Source of the DNA: Syntrophorhabdaceae bacterium
GTDB lineage: Bacteria; Desulfobacterota; Syntrophorhabdia; Syntrophorhabdales; Syntrophorhabdaceae
Reading direction: 5' to 3'
Assembly (NCBI GenBank): GCA_963666485.2
Contig: CAXXUO010000001.1
Coordinates: 992,001 to 1,056,000, forward strand
Length of the DNA: 64,000 nt
Shown here: positions 43,724-53,589 of the stretch, one piece after another
Position numbering within the stretch: position 1 is the stretch's first letter
How the letters are laid out: the number at the start of each line of letters is the position of its first letter
Made by a program: the position numbers and the translations under genes
Notes under the pieces: generated by a model
Told to the model about the DNA's origin: nothing
What the model saw: only the letters and a program-made list of their open reading frames with translations
Databases searched by the model: none

Positions 43724-44308
43724 ATGGCGAGAACGGCATCGGTGAAACGAAAGACGAACGAAACATCAATTTCGGTGTCCTGGGAACTGGACGGCTCCGG
43801 TAAATACACAATTGCAACCGGGATACCTTTTTTTGACCATATGCTCGACCTCTTCGCAAAACACGGCCTTTTCGACCTGAAGCTCTCCGCGAAAGGCGAC
43901 ACTGATGTAGACAATCACCATACGGTTGAAGATATCGGCATTGCCATGGGCAAGGCGTTCCGCGACGCCCTGGGCACGATGGAGGGGATAAAGCGGTACG
44001 GAAGTGCGACGGTCCCCATGGATGAGGCGTTGTGCATGGCCGCGATCGATATCTCCGGGCGGTCCGCATTCGTTCTCAAGGGAAAACTGAAAGGGAGTAC
44101 CGGCGGGTTCGATGTCGATGTCGTGAAGGAATTCCTCCAGGCGTTTGCCAACGAAGCTAAAATTGCTCTCCACATCAACCTTTTGTATGGGAGCAACCTG
44201 CATCACAAAGTCGAGGCAATTTTCAAGGCCTTTGCCCGTGCCCTGAAAAATGCCGTGGAAAAAGATGAAAGGATCGAGGGCGTCCTCAGCACCAAGGGTG
44301 TACTATAG
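43724..44308 (+). CDS. hisB: Imidazoleglycerol-phosphate dehydratase
   Basis: TGIPFFDHML, HHTVED, PMDE, NLHHKVEAIFK, STKG. Confidence 0.97.
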   Translation: MARTASVKRKTNETSISVSWELDGSGKYTIATGIPFFDHMLDLFAKHGLFDLKLSAKGDTDVDNHHTVEDIGIAMGKAFRDALGTMEGIKRYGSATVPMDEALCMAAIDISGRSAFVLKGKLKGSTGGFDVDVVKEFLQAFANEAKIALHINLLYGSNLHHKVEAIFKAFARALKNAVEKDERIEGVLSTKGVL

Positions 44309-44920
44309 ATGATAGTCGTTATCGATTATGGCATGGGCAACTTGAAGAGCGTTCTCAACGCGTTCTCGCGGCTCAATGCCGATATTGTCATTTCATCAGA
44401 CCCGGATGTCGTCCGGGATGCGCCGGTCATCGTTCTGCCGGGCGTCGGGGCGTTCGGGATGTGCATGGAGAACATAGAGAAAAGGGGCCTTGGGAGCGCG
44501 ATAAAGGACCATATCCGGGACGGGAAGCGATACCTTGGCATATGCCTCGGCATGCAGATACTTTTTGAGTCCGGCGAAGAGGCGCCGGGCGTGCCGGGAC
44601 TCGGCATCATAAAGGGCACCGTTCCGCGCTTCACCGGAGAACTCAAAGTCCCCCATATGGGGTGGAACAGCGTGACCCTGAAAAAAGAGAGCCCGATGTT
44701 CGCGGGGATACGATCGGGGGATTTCTTCTATTTCGTGCACTCATATTATTGTGCACCCTCCGATCCTGATGTCATCGCGACGACAACGGATTACGGGACC
44801 TCATTCGCATCCTCGATTGAAACGGGCAACGTCTTTGCCTGCCAGTTCCATCCGGAGAAAAGCCAGGCGGTCGGCCTCAAGCTGCTGCAGAATTTTTTGG
44901 ATATCGCGAAGAGACCGTAA
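44309..44920 (+). CDS. hisH: Imidazole glycerol phosphate synthase glutaminase subunit
   Basis: DYGMGN, PGVGAF, GICLGMQ, PHMGWN, YFVHSY, QFHPEKS. Confidence 0.97.
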   Translation: MIVVIDYGMGNLKSVLNAFSRLNADIVISSDPDVVRDAPVIVLPGVGAFGMCMENIEKRGLGSAIKDHIRDGKRYLGICLGMQILFESGEEAPGVPGLGIIKGTVPRFTGELKVPHMGWNSVTLKKESPMFAGIRSGDFFYFVHSYYCAPSDPDVIATTTDYGTSFASSIETGNVFACQFHPEKSQAVGLKLLQNFLDIAKRP

Positions 44921-44996
44921 AACGCAAGACGGGAAATATAAAAGCCCGGAAACTCCAGCGCCTTTTCCTCTTGCGTTTCGCGTCTTGCGTTTTACG
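44916..44996. repeat. Inverted pair of heptamer arrays with a perfect 16-bp inverted repeat
   Basis: CGTAAAA CGCAAGA CGGGAAA ... TCTTGCG TTTCGCG TCTTGCG TTTTACG; the first unit contains the hisH TAA. Confidence 0.75.
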
Positions 44997-45000
44997 AAAT

Positions 45001-45031
45001 AAAAAAGGCTCCCAATTTGGGAGCCTTTTTT
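45001..45031. terminator. Bidirectional intrinsic terminator
   Basis: AAAAAAGGCTCCCA-ATT-TGGGAGCCTTTTTT between convergent hisH and dctP. Confidence 0.88.
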
Positions 45032-45045
45032 ATTATCCTTTAGGG

Positions 45046-46071
<1,026 letters not shown>

Positions 46072-46100
46072 AAACCCCTCCTGAGAGTAATATTTTCTCA

Positions 46101-46271
46101 ATTTTATGTAAACGGGATCGGCTTTGTCAACAGAATTGCAAAAAAACACGGGGCTGTTCATGATGACGAACGAAATAGGTCAAAAAAAACCCTGCAATAT
46201 TAAATGCTATACGTTAACGTTTATTATGGTAAAAAATTAAGCTTGACTTTCGCTCAAATATCCGCAATAAT
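46101..46271. promoter_or_regulatory. Divergent promoter region (dctP versus reductase operon)
   Basis: Minus strand TTGACA(46130)-18-TAAAAT; plus strand TTGACT(46243)-17-AATAAT; palindrome ACGTTAACGT at 46211-46220. Confidence 0.55.
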
Positions 46272-46325
46272 GTGCAACACAATGCTTTTCAGGGCATTTT
46301 TTCATTTTTATAGAGGTGTTCACCT

Positions 46326-46598
46326 GTGGCGAAACACAAAATTCTCTGCCCCATTTCCCATACCGCCTGTACAGAATGTGCGATCTATCGCGGCCGCCAT
46401 TTCTATCTTTGCTATTCCGCCGCTTACAAAGGCAGCTCCTTCGATCCGGACCGCATCCGTCAGATGAAGGAACTGGAAAAAGAAAAGGAACCTGACAAAA
46501 CGTTCGGTATACCCGAAACAATAGAGGTCGGCTCGCAGTGTATAAACAATTTTGAGGAATATGCGATAGAGAAGGAATTTGCTGCGCTGAAACGCTAA
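46326..46598 (+). CDS. Small Cys/His-rich hypothetical protein
   Basis: GAGGT plus GTG; CPISHTACTECAIYRGRHFYLC motif; first gene of the operon. Confidence 0.7.
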   Translation: MAKHKILCPISHTACTECAIYRGRHFYLCYSAAYKGSSFDPDRIRQMKELEKEKEPDKTFGIPETIEVGSQCINNFEEYAIEKEFAALKR

Positions 46599-46656
46599 CT
46601 ACTGTAGACGATCACGTTAAGGGTTTAAGAAAAGAAACAATAGAAAGGAGAGGAAT

Positions 46657-47526
46657 ATGATCAACGATTTTCATTACCTGAAGCCTGCAAGCCTGAAAGA
46701 AGCGCTTGCGATGTACGCGGAACATGATGATTGCAAGGTCATCTGCGGCGGCCAGTCCCTGTTGATCGTCATGAGGCAGGGCATGGTTGCTCCCGAATAC
46801 CTCCTCGACATCAAGCACGTCAAGGAACTGAGCTACATCAAGTTCGACGAGAAGGACGGCCTGAGGATCGGCGCCACCACAACGCACCGCGAGATCGAGA
46901 AATCGGACATTATCGAAAAGAAATACCCGGTCCTCGTCGCGATGGAAGAGAAACTGGCATCGATCCAGACCCGCAACTGGGGAACGATAGGCGGGAACCT
47001 CGCCCATGCCGATCCCGCAGGCGACCCCGGCCCCGTGCTCATCGCACTCAAAGCAGAGATCAAATTCGGCAACTCGGGCGGAGAAAAAGTGGTCCCGCTC
47101 GACGAGTTCTTTGTTGATTACTTCGAAACCCAGATGGAACACGGCGACCTGGTCCTGGAAGTGCACGTTCCGACGCCGGAGCCGAAATTCGGCTGTGCCT
47201 ACCAGAAATTCAACCTCCTGGACAGCGACATGGGTATCGTTGCAGCAGCAGCATCCGTGACGCTGAATGCTGACGGCACCTGTAAAGATGCCCGCATCGT
47301 CCTCGGCAACGCAGGGCCCATTCCCCTTCGCGTAACGAAGGCAGAAGACCTGCTGAAAGGCAAGAAGCTCGACGACGCCCTCTTCGCAGAGGCCGGCGCG
47401 ATCGCTTCAGAGGAATGCGCCCCGGTTGCAGATATCCACGCATCCGAGGAACACAGGCGGCATGTCCTTGGCGTCCTTACCAAACGGATGCTGAAGAAGG
47501 CCTTTGAACAGGCCCAGAAGGCGTAA
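46657..47526 (+). CDS. Xanthine oxidase family FAD subunit (HcrB/PcmR/CoxM-like, no 4Fe-4S insert)
   Basis: GGQSL, IGATT, RNWGTIGGNLAHADPAGD, DIHASEEHR. Confidence 0.9.
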   Translation: MINDFHYLKPASLKEALAMYAEHDDCKVICGGQSLLIVMRQGMVAPEYLLDIKHVKELSYIKFDEKDGLRIGATTTHREIEKSDIIEKKYPVLVAMEEKLASIQTRNWGTIGGNLAHADPAGDPGPVLIALKAEIKFGNSGGEKVVPLDEFFVDYFETQMEHGDLVLEVHVPTPEPKFGCAYQKFNLLDSDMGIVAAAASVTLNADGTCKDARIVLGNAGPIPLRVTKAEDLLKGKKLDDALFAEAGAIASEECAPVADIHASEEHRRHVLGVLTKRMLKKAFEQAQKA

Positions 47527-47537
47527 GGAGGAAAGAG

Positions 47538-48017
47538 ATGGAAAAACAGGTACTGCGTTTCAAAGTTAACGGTGACGAATACGAAGTCTTTATACATCCC
47601 AAGACATTGCTTGCCGAGGTCATCAGGGATCACCTCGGTTTCACGGGAACAAAACGGGGCTGCGAGACCGTCTCGTGCGGCGCATGCACGGTCAATGTCA
47701 ACGGCGCTTCCGTAAAATCATGCTCGGTCCTCGCGATCCAGTGTGAAGGCATGGACGTCACGACGGTCGAAGGCCTGGAGAAGGACGGCAAGCTGAGCCC
47801 GATCCAGAGGTCATTCCTCGATCACGGCTCCTTCCAGTGCGGCTTTTGCACCCCGGGCATGCTGATGTCAGCGACCGCTTTCATAGAAGAAGCGAAAAAC
47901 CCGACAAAAGACCAGATAAAAGAGAGCATCGAAGGCAACGTCTGCAGGTGCACAGGGTATAACAGCATCGTCAGGGCCATTGAGGCTGTTACATCAGGCA
48001 AATATAAGGAGGAGTGA
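47538..48017 (+). CDS. Xanthine oxidase family 2x[2Fe-2S] subunit
   Basis: GCETVSCGACTV...SC; QCGFCTPG; CRCTGY. Confidence 0.93.
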   Translation: MEKQVLRFKVNGDEYEVFIHPKTLLAEVIRDHLGFTGTKRGCETVSCGACTVNVNGASVKSCSVLAIQCEGMDVTTVEGLEKDGKLSPIQRSFLDHGSFQCGFCTPGMLMSATAFIEEAKNPTKDQIKESIEGNVCRCTGYNSIVRAIEAVTSGKYKEE

Positions 48018-48018
48018 T

Positions 48019-50298
48019 ATGAGTCACGCGAAATATAATGTCATCAATACACATGTTCACAATATAGATGGCGTTGCGAAGGTAACAGGCCGGGCCACGT
48101 ACACCTTTGACGTGAAGCTTCCCGGTATGCTCTATGGAAAGATCCTCCGCAGCCCGCACCCCCACGCAAAGATAAAAAATATCGATGCCTCGGCAGCACT
48201 GGCGCTTCCCGGCGTTAAGATCGTTGTGACCGGCAAAGATACGCTCGGCATCAAACAGGGTATCTGGAGACGGTACGAAGAGCTCTGCGACGAGCAGGTC
48301 CTTCCCCTGGAAAAAGTCCGCTACATCGGCGAGCCGGTAGCAGCAGTCGCCGCAGTGACCGAAGAGATCGCGGAAGCGGCCCTTGACCTTATCGAAGTTG
48401 ATTACGAAGTCCTTCCCGCCGTGTACGAGCCGCTGGAAGCCATCAAGAAAGAAGCCCCGACGATCCATGAAGGCGTCGAGAGAAACGTCAACGTCACCCG
48501 CCACATCGAGTGGGGCGATGTCGATGAGGCATTCGACGAAGCCGATTATATCCGTGAGGACTGGTTCAAGTGTTCCGGCCAGGCCCACATGTGCATGGAA
48601 ACGCGCGCGGCCGTGTCAAGCTTTACGCCCGAAGGCAAACTCACCTGCTGGGCATCGACACAGTCAGCATATTACACCCAGGGCCTTCTTGCGGGCGTCC
48701 TCGGGCTTCGCGAAGGCGATGTCCGCGTTCTCGCCCCGTACGTCGGCGGCGGCTTCGGCGGCAAGTTCGAGCTCGATGCGGCGATGTTCTGCAGCGCCGT
48801 TATGTCCATGAAGCTCTTCAAGCCGGTCAAGGTCGTCTTCACCCGTGAGGAAGATTTCATCGCCTCCAAGAGACGGACCCCGATGTTCTACTATGTCCGC
48901 ACCGGTATCAAAAAAGACGGTACCTTCTGTGCCCGTGAATCCCGCATGTTCTCGAACGGCGGCGCCTACACAGGCATGGGCGCGACAGCGCTTTACCTGT
49001 CCGGTTTCTTCCATTCATTCCCGTATAAATGGAGAGGGTATCGCTACGACGGTTACCGCGTCTACACGAACACCCTTCCTTCCACATCCATGCGTGGTTT
49101 CGGCGCCCCCCAGGCCATGTTCTGCTCCGAGCAGCAGATCGACTGGATATGCGCCGACCTCGGCCTCGACCCGTTTGAAGTAAGGCGCAAGAACGGCCAT
49201 ACCGAAGGCTACGAAGTCCCGGGCCAGGCATTCATCGCGAGCTGCGGTCTCGAGCAGTGCATCAACGAGATCGAAAAATGGGTCAAATCAAAAGGCAAAC
49301 TGCCGGCCAACAGGGGCATCGGCATCTCCTCCTGTGGCTTTATGTCAGGCGGCATCTTCAACTGGTTCGATTCACCGTATTCATTCTCTTCAGCCGTCAT
49401 CACGATAAACGTCGACGGAACGTGCGAACTGCATGTCGGCTGCCAGGATATCGGCCAGGGTTCCAACACGACCATGGCGATCATCGCCGCCGAGACCCTC
49501 GGAGTTAAAGTTGAGGACATCAGGGTCCATTCAGGCGACACCGCACACTGCCCGGCCGACCTCGGCGCATGGGGCTCCCGCCAGACACTCATGGCAGGGA
49601 ACGCGGTCAAGATGGCCTGCGAAGACGCAAAGAAACAGCTTCTCGAATTTGCCTATGCTGAAATGGGCATCAACATCGTTTACGACCTCGACATCAAGGA
49701 CCGCTGGGTCCACATCGTCGCCCGTCCGGAACGCGGCCTTCCCTACGTAGACCTCGTCAAGAAGGCCTTGAGGGCGAAAGACGGCCAGAGGATCATGGGC
49801 CGCGGCTACTACACACCGCACCGCAAAGGCATGATTTCCCCCGCATACAGCTACATGATGCAGGCGGTTGACGCCGAAGTCGATCCGGAAACCGGCAAGA
49901 TCAAGATCCACGAGGTTATGACCGCTCACGACTGCGGCCAGCCGATCAACCAGCTCGGCCTCATCGGGCAGCTCGAAGGCGCAGCATCCATGGCGCTCGG
50001 CTATGCATACCTCGAAGACATGCCGATGGAAGACGGCAAGCTCATGAACCCGAACCTCGTTGACTACAAGGTCATCAAGGCCCCGGAAATGCCGGAAGCA
50101 GGGATCATCGAGATCGACACGTTCGAGCCCGAGGGCCCGTACGGTGCAAAGGAAGCCGGCGAAGGCCTCACCAACCCGACGGCAGCCGCACTCGGCAACG
50201 CGATATACAACGCAATGGGCATTCAGATGAAAGAGCTCCCGATCACCCCGGAAAGGGTCCTCAAGGCCTTAAGGGAAAAGAAGGAAGCCCAGAAGTAA
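48019..50298 (+). CDS. Molybdopterin subunit, 4-hydroxybenzoyl-CoA reductase alpha-like
   Basis: KVTGRATY, GGGFGGK, MRGFG, KGKLPANRGIGIS, DIGQGSNT, GAKEAGE. As recalled, the layout resembles HcrA; the substrate is not certain. Confidence 0.8.
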   Translation: MSHAKYNVINTHVHNIDGVAKVTGRATYTFDVKLPGMLYGKILRSPHPHAKIKNIDASAALALPGVKIVVTGKDTLGIKQGIWRRYEELCDEQVLPLEKVRYIGEPVAAVAAVTEEIAEAALDLIEVDYEVLPAVYEPLEAIKKEAPTIHEGVERNVNVTRHIEWGDVDEAFDEADYIREDWFKCSGQAHMCMETRAAVSSFTPEGKLTCWASTQSAYYTQGLLAGVLGLREGDVRVLAPYVGGGFGGKFELDAAMFCSAVMSMKLFKPVKVVFTREEDFIASKRRTPMFYYVRTGIKKDGTFCARESRMFSNGGAYTGMGATALYLSGFFHSFPYKWRGYRYDGYRVYTNTLPSTSMRGFGAPQAMFCSEQQIDWICADLGLDPFEVRRKNGHTEGYEVPGQAFIASCGLEQCINEIEKWVKSKGKLPANRGIGISSCGFMSGGIFNWFDSPYSFSSAVITINVDGTCELHVGCQDIGQGSNTTMAIIAAETLGVKVEDIRVHSGDTAHCPADLGAWGSRQTLMAGNAVKMACEDAKKQLLEFAYAEMGINIVYDLDIKDRWVHIVARPERGLPYVDLVKKALRAKDGQRIMGRGYYTPHRKGMISPAYSYMMQAVDAEVDPETGKIKIHEVMTAHDCGQPINQLGLIGQLEGAASMALGYAYLEDMPMEDGKLMNPNLVDYKVIKAPEMPEAGIIEIDTFEPEGPYGAKEAGEGLTNPTAAALGNAIYNAMGIQMKELPITPERVLKALREKKEAQK

Positions 50299-50329
50299 TT
50301 ATTATTCAAGATAACCAAGGAGGTTTACC

Positions 50330-50545
50330 GTGAGCTTTAAATGTCCAGCATGTAAAAAAGAATGGCCGAACAGCAAGCAGGTCGCACGCCATATGTTTGG
50401 CACCGGCGACAAGGCACACCGGGCATGGATCGAATCACAGGGTCACTCATACATAGAGCTCCTTCTCGCACAGACGACGGAGCCCGGAAACAAAAGCTAC
50501 GAGATCCTGTCCGATCTCATTGAAAAGGCGCAGGACAAATTATAA
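50330..50545 (+). CDS. Small protein with a C2H2-type zinc-finger motif
   Basis: AAGGAGGT plus GTG; FKCPACKKEWPNSKQVARHMFGTGDKAH. Confidence 0.78.
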   Translation: MSFKCPACKKEWPNSKQVARHMFGTGDKAHRAWIESQGHSYIELLLAQTTEPGNKSYEILSDLIEKAQDKL

Positions 50546-50550
50546 GATCC

Positions 50551-50575
50551 AGGGGCCCCGTATACCGGGGCCCCT
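50551..50575 (+). other. Intra-operon GC-rich hairpin
   Basis: AGGGGCCCCG-TATAC-CGGGGCCCCT, with no U tract on the plus strand. Confidence 0.55.
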
Positions 50576-50601
50576 AAAAAATTCAACAAGGAGGAATATC
50601 C

Positions 50602-51054
50602 ATGCTAATAGAGGGCGGATTTACTTTAAAAGCACCTATCGATAAGCTTTTCGATTTCCTGCTGAAACCCGACACGATCCTCACCTGCCTCCCGGGTGCG
50701 GAATCAGTGAACATTATCGATGATACGTCATACGAGTGCATCGTGAAGCAGAAAGTCGGCCCCATCAAAGCCAGGCTGAAATTTGTCAACAAGCTGACCG
50801 TTGTCGACAGGCCGACCCACATGGAGATCGAAGGCGAAGGCGAAGACATGACCAAGCTCGGTCACTTCAAGAACAAGACCGTCGTTGACCTGAAGGACAA
50901 AGGCAACGGCGAGGTCGAGGTCAGCTACAAGACCGACGTCAACATCGTCGGCAAGCTCGCCATGTTCGGCGACAGGATCATGAGGGCAAAGGCGAAAGAC
51001 ACCGAAAAAGAATTCACCAAGAACCTTCAGGAAAAACTGAAAAGCATCGCATAG
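50602..51054 (+). CDS. CoxG/SRPBCC family protein
   Basis: CLPGAE, KVGPIKA, VGKLAMFGDRIM. Confidence 0.85.
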   Translation: MLIEGGFTLKAPIDKLFDFLLKPDTILTCLPGAESVNIIDDTSYECIVKQKVGPIKARLKFVNKLTVVDRPTHMEIEGEGEDMTKLGHFKNKTVVDLKDKGNGEVEVSYKTDVNIVGKLAMFGDRIMRAKAKDTEKEFTKNLQEKLKSIA

Positions 51055-51071
51055 TAAATAACTGTACGTTG

Positions 51072-51109
51072 AAAGGGGTCCGCACATTACGGTGCGGACC
51101 CCTTTTTTT
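51072..51109 (+). terminator. Intrinsic terminator of the reductase operon
   Basis: AAAGGGGTCCGCAC-ATTACG-GTGCGGACCCCTTTTTTT. Confidence 0.9.
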
Positions 51110-51266
51110 GTTGCCCGACAAGACCAATCTACGTTCTACGTTAAAAATTCCGATGTATCATCACCACCAGGCAGGGTTCGTTAAGCCCCGCGATCATGGA
51201 CAGGTTCGATTTTATTATGGGAAACAAAAACCAGGGCATATAAAGGTCCCATGATCTACCACCAGT

Positions 51267-51404
51267 CGTCATTCCGGCTTGCCGGAATCCAGCGTCTTTG
51301 CCTCTTTGGTATCGTGCCATTTTAAGCATTATCGTGACCTATGCCATTCGAGTAATGGGTAAGTAAAGACGCTGGATTCCGCCGCAAAGGCCGGCGGAAT
51401 GACG
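51267..51404. repeat. REP/MITE-like nested palindromic element
   Basis: Outer IR CGTCATTCCG/CGGAATGACG; inner perfect 16-bp IR GGAATCCAGCGTCTTT/AAAGACGCTGGATTCC. Confidence 0.8.
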
Positions 51405-51440
51405 CTGTGGATTGCGTGCGAGAGGAGCTTTGCTTCAACT

Positions 51441-51468
51441 CCTTACGCCTTACGACTCGCGCCTTACG
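51441..51468 (+). repeat. Degenerate heptamer array, CCTTACG type, 4 units
   Basis: CCTTACG CCTTACG ACTCGCG CCTTACG; reverse complement of the 10054 unit type. Confidence 0.65.
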
Positions 51469-51473
51469 GCATT

Positions 51474-51504
51474 AAAAAACCCCGCCTCATATGAGGCGGG
51501 GTTT
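51474..51504 (-). terminator. Intrinsic terminator of dctQM
   Basis: AAAAAACCCCGCCTC-ATAT-GAGGCGGGGTTT. Confidence 0.85.
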
Positions 51505-51523
51505 GTGCTGTCAGGTTAGCTGA

Positions 51524-52831
51524 TTAGCCGGGCATCAGCCAGTGGGGCAGCCAGGTCGAGAGTGCGGGGAAAAGGAAGACCAGGATGCCGCCGACGACGA
51601 TGCTGATGAGGAAGGGGTAGACGCCGTTGTAAATGACGCTGAAGGGCGTCTTGGTGATCTGTTTTACGACGAACACGCAGATGGCCATCGGGGGAAGGAC
51701 GACGCCGAGCATGACTGTGATGCCGATGAGGATACCGAACCACATCGGGTCGTAGCCGAGTTTGAGGATGGCCGGGTAGAAGATCGGCGTGGCCAGGATC
51801 ATAAAAGCGAGGTCATCGATGAATGATCCGCCGATAAGATAGATGAGCGCGATGAAAACGATGATGACCCAGGACGGCATGTTGAGGCTGACGATCCAGT
51901 CGGCTGCAACCATGGGGATCGTCGTGACCGCGATGAAGTGGCCAAGCACCGTTGAGCCGGCTATAAGCATCAAGACCATCGTCGCGGTCCTGATCGACTC
52001 GGCAACCGACTTTATATATCCTTTAATGTTGAGATCGCGCATGACAAACGTCATGACGAGAACAAGAAAAGTACCGACACTGCCTGCTTCGGTGGGGGTG
52101 AACACGCCGCCGAGGATACCGCCAATGACGAGGCAGAAAATAACCATGACCATGATAACTTCCGGTATGGTTTTAAATCTTTCCTTCCATGTAGACTTCG
52201 GGCTCTTGGGACCGATGGCAGGGTTCATCTTGCACCAGCCGTAAATGACGGCGATGAAAAGAGCGGCTATGATGAGGCCCGGGATGATGCCGGCGAGGAA
52301 GAGCCGGCCGATCGACTGGTCGGTGATAATGCCGTAGAGAATGAGGGTTACACTGGGAGGAAGCAGGATGCCCAGCGTACCGACGGTGGCGACGATGCCT
52401 GTCGAGAGGCGTTTGTCATATCCGAACCGGTCCATCTCCGGGACGGCGACGGCGGCAAATGTTGCAGATGTTGCAGGGGATGAACCGCAGATTGCCTTAA
52501 ATATCGTTGCGCCGCCGACGGTGGCCATGGCAAGGCCGCCGGGGATATGACCGATAAATTTGTGGGCCGCTTCAAAAAGCCGTTTCGCTATGCCCGAATT
52601 GTATGCTACCTGCCCCATGAGAACGAAGAGCGGGATAACGGTAAAGCTGTACGAGTTTAAAACATCATACATGTCCTTCGCCAGCAGGTTAAACGCAGCG
52701 TCGAAGGAAATGAGGTATCCAAAACCGAGAAAGCCCATGAGGACCATGGCAAATCCCAGCTCGATGCCGGTAAGGAACATAACAAGAACGACTAGTAGTC
52801 CAATAATTCCAACGGTAATAGGATCACTCAT
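51524..52831 (-). CDS. dctM: TRAP transporter large permease
   Basis: IPLFVLMG, PGGLAMA, GTLGILLPPS, FTPTEAG; highly hydrophobic. Confidence 0.93.
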   Translation of the reverse strand: MSDPITVGIIGLLVVLVMFLTGIELGFAMVLMGFLGFGYLISFDAAFNLLAKDMYDVLNSYSFTVIPLFVLMGQVAYNSGIAKRLFEAAHKFIGHIPGGLAMATVGGATIFKAICGSSPATSATFAAVAVPEMDRFGYDKRLSTGIVATVGTLGILLPPSVTLILYGIITDQSIGRLFLAGIIPGLIIAALFIAVIYGWCKMNPAIGPKSPKSTWKERFKTIPEVIMVMVIFCLVIGGILGGVFTPTEAGSVGTFLVLVMTFVMRDLNIKGYIKSVAESIRTATMVLMLIAGSTVLGHFIAVTTIPMVAADWIVSLNMPSWVIIVFIALIYLIGGSFIDDLAFMILATPIFYPAILKLGYDPMWFGILIGITVMLGVVLPPMAICVFVVKQITKTPFSVIYNGVYPFLISIVVGGILVFLFPALSTWLPHWLMPG

Positions 52832-53309
52832 ATTGACCTCCGAAGATCTTGATGATGTCACAGATCAGGACGAGGCACAGAATGAAGCTGCATATCGCCA
52901 TCCCGTACGCGACGGGATAGAAGGGTATCTGCCGGGTCAGCGAAACCTCGCCGGATTTGTAGAGGTCATACCCGTACTTGATCAAATTGTGACCGATAAG
53001 ATAGAAAAGACCGATGCTTATGAGGCGGGTGATGATATTGATGATGCCCTGCCCCACTTTGTTGAACTTCACCACGAAAAAATCAACGAAGATGTGGCCC
53101 CTCATCCATGACGTGATGGGAAGGGCGAAACCGATGGCTACCGCCCCGCCCAAACCAACTATCTCAAAGGTTCCGATAATAGGCCGGTCGAAGAAGTAGC
53201 GCAGGAAAACGTCGGACACTGTGAGCAGCATAATAAACGTAAGGGCTGCCCCAGCAATGACGCTCATCAATTTGCTGAGTTTCTCAGCAATCCATAGTAT
53301 GGCTCCCAT
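52824..53309 (-). CDS. dctQ: TRAP transporter small permease
   Basis: DVFLRYFFDRPI.G..E, GHIFVD, four TM segments. Confidence 0.9.
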   Translation of the reverse strand: MGAILWIAEKLSKLMSVIAGAALTFIMLLTVSDVFLRYFFDRPIIGTFEIVGLGGAVAIGFALPITSWMRGHIFVDFFVVKFNKVGQGIINIITRLISIGLFYLIGHNLIKYGYDLYKSGEVSLTRQIPFYPVAYGMAICSFILCLVLICDIIKIFGGQYE

Positions 53310-53589
53310 TGCTCCTCCTAGTGTAACTTGTGATTGTACCTTTACCCCGGTTATATAATACCCGCATCTTATGTCATCAGGACAGCCAATGTCAAGTGAA
53401 AAATTTTACAATTAAGATGCGAAAATTATTGACCTTTAAGAGAGTTTGTACCCCAGATAATGAACAAAATGCCGAACAGCCGGAAAAACGGCCTTTTTCA
53501 CGAAATGTTCAAATAATTTCCAATATTGTCCTTAACCGCCCGGACCGGGCGCTTTTGCTATTATGACCGAAAGATGATAGGTATTTTGC

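Noticed and set aside
46657..51054. Aerobic CO dehydrogenase (coxMSL-coxG)
   Set aside because: The active-site loop is SMRGFG, not the AYxCSFR of form I CoxL.
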